A stretch of DNA of 35,271 nt from Ginkgo biloba (lineage: Eukaryota; Plantae; Ginkgophyta): NCBI GenBank assembly GCA_024626585.2, contig JANKJI020000002.1, positions 239,581,497 to 239,616,767 of the forward strand, given 5' to 3'. The notes beneath the pieces were generated by a model. The model searched no databases and was not told the origin of the DNA. It worked only from the letters and a program-made list of their open reading frames with translations. Positions within the stretch are counted from its first letter, which is position 1; each line of letters opens with the position of its first letter. This document shows, one piece after another, positions 13,105 to 25,800 of the stretch. Position numbers and translations under genes: made by a program.

Positions 13105-14567
13105 NNNNNNNNNNNNNNNNNNNNNNNNNNNNNNNNNNNNNNNNNNNNNNNNNNNNNNNNNNNNNNNNNNNNNNNNNNNNNNNNNNNNNNNNNNNNNNNN
13201 NNNNCATTCGAGAGTCTTAGATTATTGGTATGCTGAGCAATTACCAAAACACAAGGAGATGGAGCTCATCTATTTTTATTCTAAAAATAAACTACATGTG
13301 AATAAGAATGGGGGATCATGGGCCCCATGTTTACATTATTTATGAAGTTATTCTAACATTGATATGTCCTAGGAGACAATAAGCCCCATATGACCCTAGG
13401 GTCATATCATCAAGGCTCTGAATTCAGCATTTTTAATGCACCCTAATGGTCCTTGAAAGGTGCTATCAGCTCTGGTTTATTTATTCATGTTTTAGGTGTA
13501 ACCATTGTCATTTCTTTCCTCTTATTCGAGAACAATTTCTGCAGCAAAACGTGTGAGCGGAAATTCAATCTTATGTATGCAGCAAAATCTAAAGCGATAA
13601 TTGGTCCTAGTTTTTCAAGAGATTCTGTTGAGAATTCCTCAAGATACTTATTAGCTTTGTCAATATTTTAGTTTTTGTATTGGTCATCTTTCATACGTTC
13701 TATTGTTCAATTCTTACTAGCATTGTTCTATTAAATTTGAAGTCCAAAAAGGAGTATGGAGCTTTTCTCTTTACTGCTCTGTCCAATTGTATTTCTTGAT
13801 ATTTGCATATTTATTCACAATGGTTTTGGACTGTAGGGTTACTTATACTGAATATTAATTTTTTTCTGGTCAAAACCCCTTCATCCTAACCTCGGGTTTG
13901 AAGTCTGTGTAAAGGCCCAAAGCTTGGTTTCTATGAACTTTTCTGCAGAAATAAGTGCATAGAGGGATATGGCCATACAAAGCCCATGCGTCATAAAATT
14001 TGAAGCAATTCTGACATTGCCAGTTGTTTCACCTTCATTGCTAGTTTTTTTATCCTGGTAGTTGATGCATGACAGGTATATCAATCAAGCTTGAACAATT
14101 TCTTATTTTAAGACTTGATTTTGGTTGTCTATCATCTTATTGACCTATTTAATCCGTGGTAGTGCCTGTAGAGCAGTATTTGTACAAATGGGTTTGTAAT
14201 AATAGTTTTCTTGAAATATCTTTAGCTTCTGCCTAGGCCCTATTCATTTCACTTCAGGTCTGCTACAATGTGTTCCCTGTATCAATGCAACAGCACCAGG
14301 TAATGTCAAAGATTATGGCCAGGGAAACAGTATATCTTCTGTTATGGAAGAGATTGACTATATGAAAGGTTATTGCTTTGAAAACATCCATGTATTGAGT
14401 TCTTTTATCATTCCAGTTTTTTGTATGCAGATACTTATAACAGAAGGCAGAGCTGCATGAATTGCCCAAAATTTAATCATGCATTTTCAAAGACATCAGG
14501 CCACAGATCTGTAATCTCATAGGGAGTCTGTCAGCAGCCTCTGCCTATTTATCAAGTCAAGAAGAGA

Positions 14568-14574
14568 ATGGCAG
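14568..14574 (+). CDS. Putative start exon end of host gene (ATG GCA G, then GT donor at 14575)
   Basis: Good start context aagagaATGGC, donor AG|GTTTGA at 14575, and a T/C tract at 14609-14631. Splicing to the AG at 14678 gives in-frame MAVLCSAFSRDV. An alternative phase-2 splice to the AG at 14646 is also in frame with an upstream open frame from 14477. Confidence 0.4.
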
Positions 14575-14678
14575 GTTTGACTTACTCAAAACCTGCAGTA
14601 TATAGAAACCTTTTTTTTTCTCCTCTCTTTTGCATGTTGTGCTCAGAACTTTACCTGAATTTGTGCTGGGGTCTTCAG

Positions 14679-15198
14679 TTCTGTGCAGTGCATTTAGCAG
14701 AGATGTGAATGATGCTGTTTGGGCTGAGCACAGAGATTTTGAACTTCCCTTATCTTTTGGACTTCAGGAAGCCCATGCTAAAAATGCATGCGAAGGTGCT
14801 AAAATCGAGGGTGATCCGGAGGATGAAGACTACAAGTTTTTTCTGGAAAATATAAGGCTTGATGGTAGATTGTGTGCTTTTGAATTGAAAAAGAAACAAG
14901 ATGGTCATGTAGTTTTTATCAGGTTTGAAGAGGTAGAAGACAGACACATATTGCATCAATGCTGGAATGAGAATCTGAAGTTTGGGTTGCGTAGAGAAGA
15001 TCAAGAAAACATGTCAAAATGTAGGGGTACTAGGACTATTGAAAAGATGATACCTGATGTGGATCACAGGCACACCCTTCCATTAAAAAAATGCAAGCTA
15101 GAGGATTCTGCACTGAGCGAAAAGGAAGAGACAAGGAAGAGAATGAAAGTGATGGGTTCTGGTGGAGGGAGTGATCTTTTGACTGATTCAAAGACTAC
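14679..15198 (+). CDS. Host gene coding exon, uncharacterised land-plant protein (N-terminal DEDY..FL motif); runs into gap
   Basis: Uninterrupted ORF of about 170 codons in a region where TE ORFs are full of stops. It contains DPEDEDYKFFLENIRLDG...ELK...VFIRFEE, which resembles a conserved motif of a plant unknown-function family (recalled as AT1G21560-like; unverified). The 3' end is hidden by the N-run 15199-15399. Confidence 0.75.
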
Positions 15199-15567
15199 NN
15201 NNNNNNNNNNNNNNNNNNNNNNNNNNNNNNNNNNNNNNNNNNNNNNNNNNNNNNNNNNNNNNNNNNNNNNNNNNNNNNNNNNNNNNNNNNNNNNNNNNNN
15301 NNNNNNNNNNNNNNNNNNNNNNNNNNNNNNNNNNNNNNNNNNNNNNNNNNNNNNNNNNNNNNNNNNNNNNNNNNNNNNNNNNNNNNNNNNNNNNNNNNNT
15401 ATTAAAATTTGACAAAATTAATTTTTGGATCCTTAAATGGATCAATTAAATTTTAAAATGCCACTTTCCTGTTCCTATGTGAAATATCTCCTGTGAAGGT
15501 CTGTTTTAGTATTCACAAAGTTCTTAAGACAGTTTTTGTATTGCTTACTGGGCTTATGCTGATGCAG

Positions 15568-15802
15568 GTGCCCACAACTGAGAATGTTGAAAGCAGAAGA
15601 ATCCCTTCCTGCATACATTCTGCTGATTTCAGGAAGAATCTCGAGGCTACTCTCAAGGAGCCTTTCAACACACAGCAGCTTCATGAAATGTGGAATGCCG
15701 TAAACTGCCGGAAGCCCATTGTACAACTTCGGCAGACACGTCATCGAACTGTTCAGGTTGCTACAAATCAAGAAGGATCATCATATTTGGATTATCATCC
15801 AG
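15568..15802 (+). CDS. Host gene coding exon, conserved C-terminal region of the same family
   Basis: Acceptor ATGCAG|GTG at 15567/15568 (phase 0) and donor CCAG|GTGAGA at 15802/15803 (phase 1). Encodes FRKNLEATLKEPFNTQQLHEMW...RKPIVQLRQTR...SSYLDYHP, matching the family pattern FR..L...L..P...RKP...R..R...SYLD.HP(DL). Confidence 0.85.
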
Positions 15803-16816
15803 GTGAGACTGGCTTGTTGGAATTATATGCCAAGCTGGGAGTTTTTTTTTTTTGAGTGGGTCTTTCAGGTGGTGTGATTTTTGTTATCCAATCGATGCTT
15901 AAGGTAATGTTTCATCTGTCCACATTTTAAAATACAAATGGAGATGCTTTTCTTCATTGTAAAATCAACATTTCAAAAGCCTCCAGAGAAGATCTTAGTC
16001 ACTAAGGTGAAATGGAATCTCCCAAACAATGAGGATAAGCTTACATGATTGTCCAGAGGTATATGCAAAATATAACTATACTTGTGAAAAATAACGACCT
16101 TCCTATGATAGAACTGATCACAAATGATAAATCCATTCATCAAATGATATAAATTAATACCTGAAAAATTAGTGTTGCCAGATGTTGAATACTCAAGATC
16201 CAAATGCCGGAATTCTAGAAGTGATCATATTGTGATTATTGACACTAGCTCTCCTCAAATGAGACCAACTTCAGAAATGTGGAAAACTAAAATGGGGAAG
16301 AAAAACATTATGCCCCTCAGTAGTAAATGTCTTATAAACAATCCCATTATTCTATATAGATATGATCTAGAGGGATTTGCCTCCTGATATACTGGATTTA
16401 CTAATTCATTCTAAGTTAAGTTAATACACAAACAATTACAAAAAAGGTTCAGATTTATAGCATATAATTACATGATGTTGGTTGTGAGAAGTTATTTCCG
16501 CTCAATGTTTTAATGTGAAACAATAGTGACTTAATAAAAATTAAACAGTATTAGAAGTGAACTTATATTTATTCGGACTTGCATTGAAGTGGTTAAAACC
16601 AAATTTTTTACTTTCACATCCCTTTCTTTAGATCTGATTGCATTTTAAATGACATGTCATTGAAGTCTATTTTAACTATCAAACTAGAGAAAGTGGATAC
16701 CGTGAAGTTCATAACTTTGGTGGTCAAAAGTATTCTTGATATTGACAGAAAATAATCTCACATCTGTATCATTCCTATTATAATAGAATTATGACATACA
16801 ATATGTTTATTAATAT

Positions 16817-17026
16817 TGTATAATGTCAACTAATAACAACATGAAAGAAGAGTCACGGCCAATGGTTGCAACTCTTTGTATTCCACCTATTGAGTTTATA
16901 TAATACATCACCCATTCTATCTTCTCTTATTCATTTCTAGCATGCATTTTGATATCCTTCCATGTATTGTATTGTTGTCAGCTTTGTCCCTAACCAACCC
17001 ATTAGCTGTTACATTGGTATTAGAGC
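16817..17026 (+). mobile_element. Short LTR fragment followed by tRNA-iMet PBS
   Basis: TGTA... to ...GTTACA (ends 17013) with an internal TATATAA, followed by T and TGGTATTAGAGC (17015-17026). The left boundary is approximate. Confidence 0.6.
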
Positions 17027-20000
17027 AACAACAATCTTGTGAACTACTGTAATCAAACCAATACTTGAAAAAAAGATTAATTGTCAATATTGAGAAACCA
17101 TTACTCCATAACTTTGAAGATGCTTTGTCTATATATTCTATTGATTATCCAATCCAATATCCAGACATCTACTTCCGATCATTATTGCCGGGTGTTGAAT
17201 ACATTTTAGTTACTGAATTAAGAAAAAAGAAGGGAAAAAATATCAAATCCATCACATTCCAACAAAAAAAATTGTAAAAGATGTATCAAACAAGGTTACA
17301 TATATTTATTTGCATGTGCAACATCCAATGCTCCGAACTCAAAGGAACAAGTGAAAAACTGCCACGCATTTGTTGTAATAGTGGACATGGATGGAGAGTC
17401 CCTAAAGGCTTCTATTGTCGAATCACCAATAACTTCATGTTTGATCTTGTCTTGGGTTGTGGTAAGAGTGGAATGAATTACGATTGGTAATCTGTAATAG
17501 GTTTAAATATTGCCCCCCCAAAGATTTGCAAGATGAGCATGCTCTTAGAGACAAAATCTCCCATCAACATGCACAAGTCATCCTCGATGAAACAACAGCA
17601 ATGGTGGTTTCTAAATATCTGCAGAATAATTGGTAAATATCAAGGTTGCATAGGTTCGTGGGGATGCGGGGACGCAAGGTACAGGTGTGCGTTGTTACAA
17701 CCCAGTCAACCCCAGTCAAAGGCAAGTCAAACTCCAGTCAAAGGAGAAGTCCGAAGAAGAGAAAGCAGTAATTAAACCTTCAGAAGCTGAATGGCTTTTA
17801 TCTGCAAAAGAAAGGTTAGAAAGAGATTAATTGGCATTTAAACATGTTAGTGTTAAAATTGGCAACTAACCATGATGGTGGGACCCTTAGAAGGGTTAAA
17901 AATACGTTAAAAATTTAAATTAGCCTACTCTAAACCCTAGTGCCCAATTTCATGGGACAATTTACTTTATGCAAAGGTTTTGAAAAGAGACGATCCTACA
18001 CTGCCAGCTGACCTTAAGTACGGTCGCACCCTTTCATAAACTATTTAAGGAGGTACAACCCAGTTAAAAGGTGATCATCATTCCTTATTTTTAGTGCCTT
18101 CTTACACTATGATTTTAGCAAATTGCAACAGAATTTTAGCAACAAACCTTGTTGATTTTTTACCTTAAAAAGTGAGCCAAACCTTATCCTTTGTTGTTAT
18201 CCTTGTAAGCCGAATTGCTACTACATTTGCAGACTGAGTTGTTGTCCTAATAGACCAAATTGTTTTTAGGATTGTACTACCGGCCAAACCCTTATCATTN
18301 NNNNNNNNNNNNNNNNNNNNNNNNNNNNNNNNNNNNNNNNNNNNNNNNNNNNNNNNNNNNNNNNNNNNNNNNNNNNNNNNNNNNNNNNNNNNNNNNNNNA
18401 ATTACGAGACGATTCAACTACTTCTAGTAGTTATGGAATTGAAGCGATGCTTGAGGAAAAAGGTAGGAGAAGGAAAAAATTTGAGCGAATGATAGGAGGG
18501 AAAGTGACTTAGAGAGAAATTAGAGAATAGGGAAGAAGGAGACATAGTTTTTCCAAGACAGAATGGGTGAGAGTTTGGAAGGCGAGAACCAACTTCACAT
18601 CGAATGTGGAAAATACCTTGTGCGACTGTGCAAAGCCATGTGAGAAATATCTCATGAATAAAGGATGCACAATGGATGCAAACCTTGTTTTGAGCTTAGT
18701 TTAATGTCTTTTAGAGTTTTATTACCCAAGAGGGTTTTTGTAGTTAAAAACCTTAGTATTTGTGTAATAAATTGTGCGTGACTGATTTCTATTTTCCCTT
18801 GAATTTTTTTAGAAGCCAAGTTGATAGGATAACATGCATGTTCAGACATACTGTTTGATTAATTTTAAATATTAACTAAATTAACTTGAATCCGTGGTTG
18901 GTGACATTGAACAATTCTGACTTGTCCATTGAGATACAGATCAATGGGCATGCTAACAATGTTGTCAAGTTGTGATTGGCTGCCAACCTAGCTCCCCACA
19001 ATTGTTTGTCGGAGTGTGGAAGCATAGTAACATTGGTTTCAACCATTACAACCGTCGATTTCTGTTGTCCACTTATAGTGAATTGGAAGGCACAACCATT
19101 CCAATCCCTTGGTAGTCAATCTTTTTAAGAGTGCTTACTGCCATGTATAATGGTCACTCCCTAAAATGGGGTAACATATATGTTACAAATATCATTTAAC
19201 TATTGAATGCTATTGGAAAATGCTTACTAAAAGGCCTCTTCAATGGACTCAAAAGGCAATGTCCTTACTAATACCCTTCAAATTGTGTTTGATATACATA
19301 AGCAATGCAAAAGGTAGATTAACTTGAAACTAAAATAATGAAAAATTTATCAATTGCTTGCTTTAGTTAGAGTCTAGAGAAGATATATCCTTTGAAGTCC
19401 CTTAAGTGTGTTGGTGGGGGGAAAAGTGTTAAAGGTAGGGTTTTTAATGATTCCCCATCTTGTTGCTCTCAGAGCAAGTTCACCTCTTTTATGTTATCCA
19501 TGTGAGGATTCAATNNNNNNNNNNNNNNNNNNNNNNNNNNNNNNNNNNNNNNNNNNNNNNNNNNNNNNNNNNNNNNNNNNNNNNNNNNNNNNNNNNNNNN
19601 NNNNNNNNNNNNNNAGAAAACCCTTATGGCCCTCAACTATCACAAGCTTTCACAACTTTCTTGAGAAACTAACTTGTAATGAAAATTTATGCTTTTTTTT
19701 GAGATAGGATTTACTTAGCTTTTCTAGGTTGTAAGTCAAGAAAAGGACATAAAATGCTACTTGTTGATTAAATCGAAGTAGAGAAAGGGCTAGCTTGAGG
19801 GCATATGTAGGTAGGAAAAGACATTAAATAGGGTAAGTGTAGGTAGCAAAACGCTATTTTCATGGCATATACAGGTTAGAAAAAACATAAAATACAACCT
19901 GTAGGGTTAACTTAAGAGGTGACGAGTCTACGTATAGGACATATGTAGGTAGGAAAGGATGGGATTAAGGGCAAATGGGACTTAGGTGGTAAGTAAATAT

Positions 20001-20279
20001 AATTAAGGTATAAGAAAGAAAAAATTGTCAATAATGTCTCTGTAGCCCATTCATGATGACCTACCATTTGAATAGTGGGGATTGGACTTAATTTGACCTA
20101 TCAATACCAATTTAAGTAAAGGGCACAAATTTATTCTCACTGCCACCAACTATTTTACCTGATGGTTTATTTTACCTAATTGGTAAGGTGTGCATCCTTA
20201 TCCTCCTTAGCTATTGAAGTTTTCTCTACTTTCATCTAAAGAAAAATTGATAAACTAATACAAGAGAAGCAATGCTAAT

Positions 20280-20669
20280 AGAATCTTAAAATAAATCAAA
20301 AAGAAAATAATAAGAGCACATCCACACATAATACACAAAATATTTTTACCCTAGGAAACCCTTACAAGAAAAAATATAATAAAATAACACTTAATTAGAT
20401 ATCAAACCCTATGCTCCAAAACCTCTACACTCCTTATACATACTTTCTTTTATGATAAATAAGTATTTCTAGACACACTAATACAAGAAGTTGCCAAGTG
20501 ATAATAAAAAATTACAGGTATAAAACCATGGCCCCCCATAACGGCCCAAAAAATTTGCCTCAGGGATTCCCTCTCCCCAACCCCTTCCTGGGGGTCCACT
20601 AGCTCCCCATACCCCCCATCTAGGTGGCCTACAGTGTCCCCCTAGACCCACTAATTATGGTGTCCAACA
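20280..20669 (-). repeat. Probable solo/truncated LTR
   Basis: On the minus strand it starts TGTTGGA (20669), has a G-rich U3-like segment (20530-20650), and a GGGTTTCC..GGGTAAAAA..TGTGT motif (20360-20320) typical of plant LTR U5 regions. No clear TSD. Confidence 0.4.
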
Positions 20670-20869
20670 ATATTATGTCACAAACCATGAAAAATGGTTT
20701 ATGAAATTTAAGCTGAATGATATATTCTATAAGATAAATGACACATAATACAATCAAAATAAATTTATGGGGACATGTTGCATTTATGGACAAAATATAC
20801 TAAATGGAAGGGCAAACATCTTAAGAATAAGACCCTAATGAAGAATTAATCGACGAAAGAAAATAAAAG

Positions 20870-22400
20870 ATATGAATTTAATACTATAAAACATAGCAAA
20901 ATATTTAATGACCTATGTAAGGGCATACTCCCAAATAGAGGAATGAAGAATATCATAAAAATTGAGCTAATTCAAGTCCCAACTATTGCTAAACCTCATT
21001 GTTATAGCCATAAGAACAAAACTAAAATTTAAATATTAAACTTAGATCATCTTAAACTAGTGCAATTACAAATAGAAAAATACCTTACACATCACCCATA
21101 GTTCTTAAGATGATAAATGATGGATCCTTCCATCTATGTATTGATTAGATAGATCTTAATAAATTAATAATTAAAAGAAAATTCCCTATACTAAGGATCG
21201 ATTATATCCTTGATGAATTACAAGGAGATCATTACTTCTCTAAAATAGATTTTCGATTAGGATACTATGAAATCTGCATTTGAATTGAAGATAAACATTT
21301 TTTTTTTTTTTTTTTTTTTTTAANNNNNNNNNNNNNNNNNNNNNNNNNNNNNNNNNNNNNNNNNNNNNNNNNNNNNNNNNNNNNNNNNNNNNNNNNNNNN
21401 NNNNNNNNNNNNNNNNNNNNNNNNNNNNNNNNNNNNNNNNNNNNNNNNNNNNNNNNNNNNNNNNNNNATATAATCTTGATCATTTGGACCAAGCCCTCAA
21501 AATTATTGAAAAACATTCACTTTATTTAAAAAAATCTAAATGCATATATGGTCAAAATTAGATTGATCATCTTATCCATATAATATCTAAATATGATGTG
21601 TAGGTTAATCCAGACAAATGGAAATCCATAAAATAATGGAAGACACCAAAAACCATCTCAAAACTAATAGGTGTTCCTTGGTATATCCAGATTATATAGA
21701 AAATTTATAAAAAATTATGAATCCCTTGCATGAACCTCAACTAACCCAACGAAAAAAATACATATTCATATGGAGAACTCAGGTTTATAAAGCATTAAAT
21801 AATCTCAAATTAGAATTAACAATAACTCTAATTATAATAATGCCTAATTTTTCAAAACCCTTCATCTTAAAATGTGATGCATCCAAAAGTACAATTGGAG
21901 TAGTCCTCACACAAGATGGGTGACCAATTTCCTATGGGAGTTAAAACTTGAATACATGTGAGCAAAGTATACCAAATCACAATAAGAAAATGTTAGAAAT
22001 TATACAAACACTTGAGAAATATAAATAATATCTTATCAGTAGAAAATTTGAGATAAAAATAGATAAAAAAAGCCTCCAATATCTTTTTAATTAGGAAACT
22101 TTATTTGAGGAACAACAAAAATGGATCAATAAAATTAATGCATTTAAATTTGACATTACGTATAAAAAGGGGAAAGAGAATATCATTGTAAATTCCTTAT
22201 CTTGAAAATATGAAGATTCATCCATATCATCTGTATCTATCATCAAACCATTATGGGCTAAAAGCATTTACAAAGAATGTGATAAAGATATGGAAACCAT
22301 ATAGATTATATACACTATAAAAAATAATAAAAAGAATGACAAATAGAAATTAAGGGATGGAAAAATCCTATTTAAAAATAATATTTATCTCAATAATCTT
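20870..22400 (+). mobile_element. Degenerate Ty3/gypsy (chromovirus-type) RT-RNase H remnant
   Basis: GSFHLCID..DLNK..IKRKFPILRIDYILDELQGDHYFSKIDFRLGYYEI (21122-21275); LYLKKSKC (~21520); MPNFSKPFILKCDASKSTIGVVLTQDG (21840-21920); KKSLQYL (~22065); FDITYKKGKENII..SLS (~22150-22203). Confidence 0.92.
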
Positions 22401-22859
22401 ATTAACTCCATGGGTTTAATTATGTTTCTGATATCAGGGTGACTCCTTTAGTAGTTCATCTTAATAAGTATACTTGCATTTTTCTAAGGCAAGTTAATCT
22501 AGGTGCCAAAATAAGGCAACAACGGGAAACCCTTGATAGACAATCCAATTGAAATTCCCCTTTTTCTCACATAACATCATAAGGTGATCTGTTTTTGGTT
22601 GTTGGGTAAGAACAATGGAGGAAGGATGTGTTTGGTGTAGTATGGTGTGCTGTCCTAAGTAAATTATATGAAACAAAAATAAATTGAAACATACCCAAAC
22701 TTCATGCATAATATAATAAATATCCATATCACAAATCCAAATAGATTGAAATAAGAATGTAATAGTCACAGTAGATCCCACCTATGCCTAAGAGATCAAT
22801 AAGGGACTCACCTGAGTCCAAAAAGTCAAAACGCAATAAAGTCTCAAAAGAATATCAAG

Positions 22860-25800
22860 ATCAAATTTAAATTATATGTTATAAATAAGGTTTAGTTTCC
22901 CTTATATACTTAAAATGGAATTTCTTAGCCTTAGTCTTAGCCTACCTAATATATGCACTTAATTTTTTATATTCCTTTGCAAACATGGGCCTACCATATC
23001 TCTTATATAAGTAACATAATTAACCATAGCCATACATATTAGTTTGGGGACTTAACAAGGCCTTTGAGTACAATGTGATAAGTTAAAATGTAATAAGAAT
23101 GTTCATGTATAAACTATAATGGATTGGCATCTAAGTTAAGAATTCATTCCTTAATTAATAAATCTAAGTCTATTAACCAACTTATGATAGATCAAGATAA
23201 AGTTTAATTTCTTTGCCAATAAAATAAAAAAATTACAACTTAAAATATTGAAGCATAAACAACATGAAGACATTATTTGATGTGTAAAAAATAAACCTAA
23301 CAACGATGTTGAGTACAATCCCCAAGTTACAAAACTAGACTAACATTGAGAATATAGAGATATTCTGAATACATAAGAGAGAAAGAAATAATACATTAGA
23401 AGATTTCAACCATAATAGATTCCCATTGATGGTAGGAAAAGAATGTACAAGGGGATCATCCAAAGATCATATAGTGAGTATAATGATGACCAAACCCATG
23501 CAACTCTAAAAAATGTGGGGGAAGGGTGCTTTATGGTGAAGGAGAACTTCGTATAAGGTAGTGGGAGTTCATTAGAGATAGTTGATGTACCAAACCCCAA
23601 TGACAACCCCGATCATAAAATACACATATGTAACAATTTATTACTATACTAATGAGTAATCCTATCATGATTTGTCAAATGGTCATCAAGTGACTCACAG
23701 ACGACCAAACATCTGATAGTCTTGCTATGATGTTTGACCATCCCCACTACATCCTATATCAAACAATGTTAATCCCAACTTACACAAAATATCATGGCCA
23801 ACCACAACACAAAATAACCACTAACATCTACCCCCTCCTTTAGACTTGAGTATTTTTCTCATACAAGGAACTAAGCAAAAGGAAAAATAGAATGAGAAAG
23901 ACAATAAAGAAATGCAACGAGAATAGAGGTAGGATCATTAACATTTGCCTACATTAGAGAAAGTTGGGAAGGCCCATAATCAAGTGTCCCATGGAAAATA
24001 TTTTCAAGTTCTTTCTCTAATCCAATGGCCTTCTTCACCATGATGTTTTCATTATCCACTTTTTGTTCCAAACCTACTACCTATTGTAGATGTTCATTTT
24101 CTAAAGTTGTCTTTAGCTAGGGTAGTTTCTCCTCCATTTCTTGTTGATATTGCTCATACAATCTCTACTTATCAACCACTATCCTATGATCACATTGTTA
24201 TTTCCACCATCATCGCTCCTCCTCTAATTCTATCTAATGTGCTTCTCGACTAGTGTCCAACTCTACCCTCACTTGGTCTAGTTGGAGTGACTATTGCATG
24301 GTTTTCTCTTTCTCTTGAGATATTTTCTCTTGAAATTTATAGGGTAGGATTGCCTCATTATCCATGTGAGGATTCAATGTGAGCTTAGTTGTGCTTGTAT
24401 TCCTCCTTGCGAGGTAGTGTAGATATGTGTTTGTCCCATGTAACTTGAGCAAGACCCACTAGGTGGTTAATTTTGGAGGTTGCATGGTTTTATTTGATAG
24501 AATTGACCACATATTGGAAAGGAACCATGCTATGTTTTCTTGGATGTATGCTTTCAAGAATTTGTTTCAATTGTTTAAGCTCATTCTTTCCATGAGAAAC
24601 TTCCTTTGAGCTAAATTGCTCAGGTCATAGCATGTGAAAGTCACTTTCTCCCATTGTTTAATTAACTTTTTGACATCCCTCGCGATTTTGATAGGAGATT
24701 GTGCCCATCTCTTCTAAGTATGGTAATAAGGATTGCATGTTAGCATAAGAGGATGCAATCTATTCTTTGGATGACATGGAGAGAGAGACAGCATCGTGGG
24801 TGTTGAAGGGAACTATGTCTTGTGTTCTCATGATTAACAACGATCCCTTTGTGGTAGGTAAAGGGAGCCATGCATTCTTTTGATAACAGTCGTTCATCAA
24901 CCAAATGTGTTATACATTTTTTGGTTGCAGTGAATTTGGGGGAACAAAAAAAATTTGTATAGAAGCCCTGGGTAGTTTGGCTTGTAATTTGATATCCTAG
25001 GGCACCTTGGGATGTGAGAGAGGAATGCATGTAATGGCTACAGGGAAAGGCCCAAGCGAAGGTGAAGGAGGTGAAAGTTGATGAAGAGAAATAGGAAGAG
25101 GCTAGAATCATTTATAGAGTATCTTTAGGAAGGATCCACTTGATTATTCTTTTTGAGATGTTGTGAAGTCTAGTTTGGGGTGGGTAAGTGAGCAAATGAC
25201 GAGGCTACTATTGGTTCTCTATTTTCTTGCTTTTGCCCTCTAGCTTAGGGATAGAGTGATCTTTGGACTCTTTTTGTATGATGTGACAATGTTATTCTAT
25301 GTACATTTGCATTATGCATGTAGAGTCCCTATATTTTTATACTTTGGTAATGAATTGTACAATGCACTATCTTTAGATTCTAGATTGAGTCTTATATGTC
25401 TTTTTGATAGTCATGTTGAACGCAAGCTCAGAGAATAGAACTTGTGTTCCCTTTGTGATCCTAGTTGCATTTGGTCTAGAGTTGTGGTTGGCTTCCTTGA
25501 AAATCAAGTGGAAGAAAGGAGACCAACAAAGCACAGAAGAAAAACCATAAAATATGGATTGAGTGTTAAACAACATTAGGAGTCTCAATTGTGTGTTAGA
25601 GTGAATCTTGAGCTCAACACTATTGTTGGGCCTAAATTGAGGTTTGACACAAGAAAGGAATGAGCGCTTACAGATGGTTAAGTGTCGAGTCAATGTGTTA
25701 GGGGCGTATATTCACCTCAACACTATTGTCAGACTGAATTGGAACTCCGACATAGGAGGATGGAGCAAGCTCTAAAAAACTAAGTATTGGAGACTAATTT

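Noticed and set aside
15803-15855. Read-through peptide GETGLLELYAKLGVFFF as the true C-terminus, since it superficially resembles LLRGFFF
   Set aside because: A strong donor CAG|GTGAG sits at the expected phase, and the FFF comes from an intronic poly-T run.
16620-16650. Candidate next exon TTTAG|ATCTG giving ...HPDLIAF*
   Set aside because: It restores DL but stops after 5 codons without the expected conserved C-terminal block; unsupported without transcripts.
21298-21321. Poly-T run interrupting the gypsy RT (possible retroposon tail)
   Set aside because: It abuts a gap, so a real insertion cannot be distinguished from an assembly or read-end artefact.
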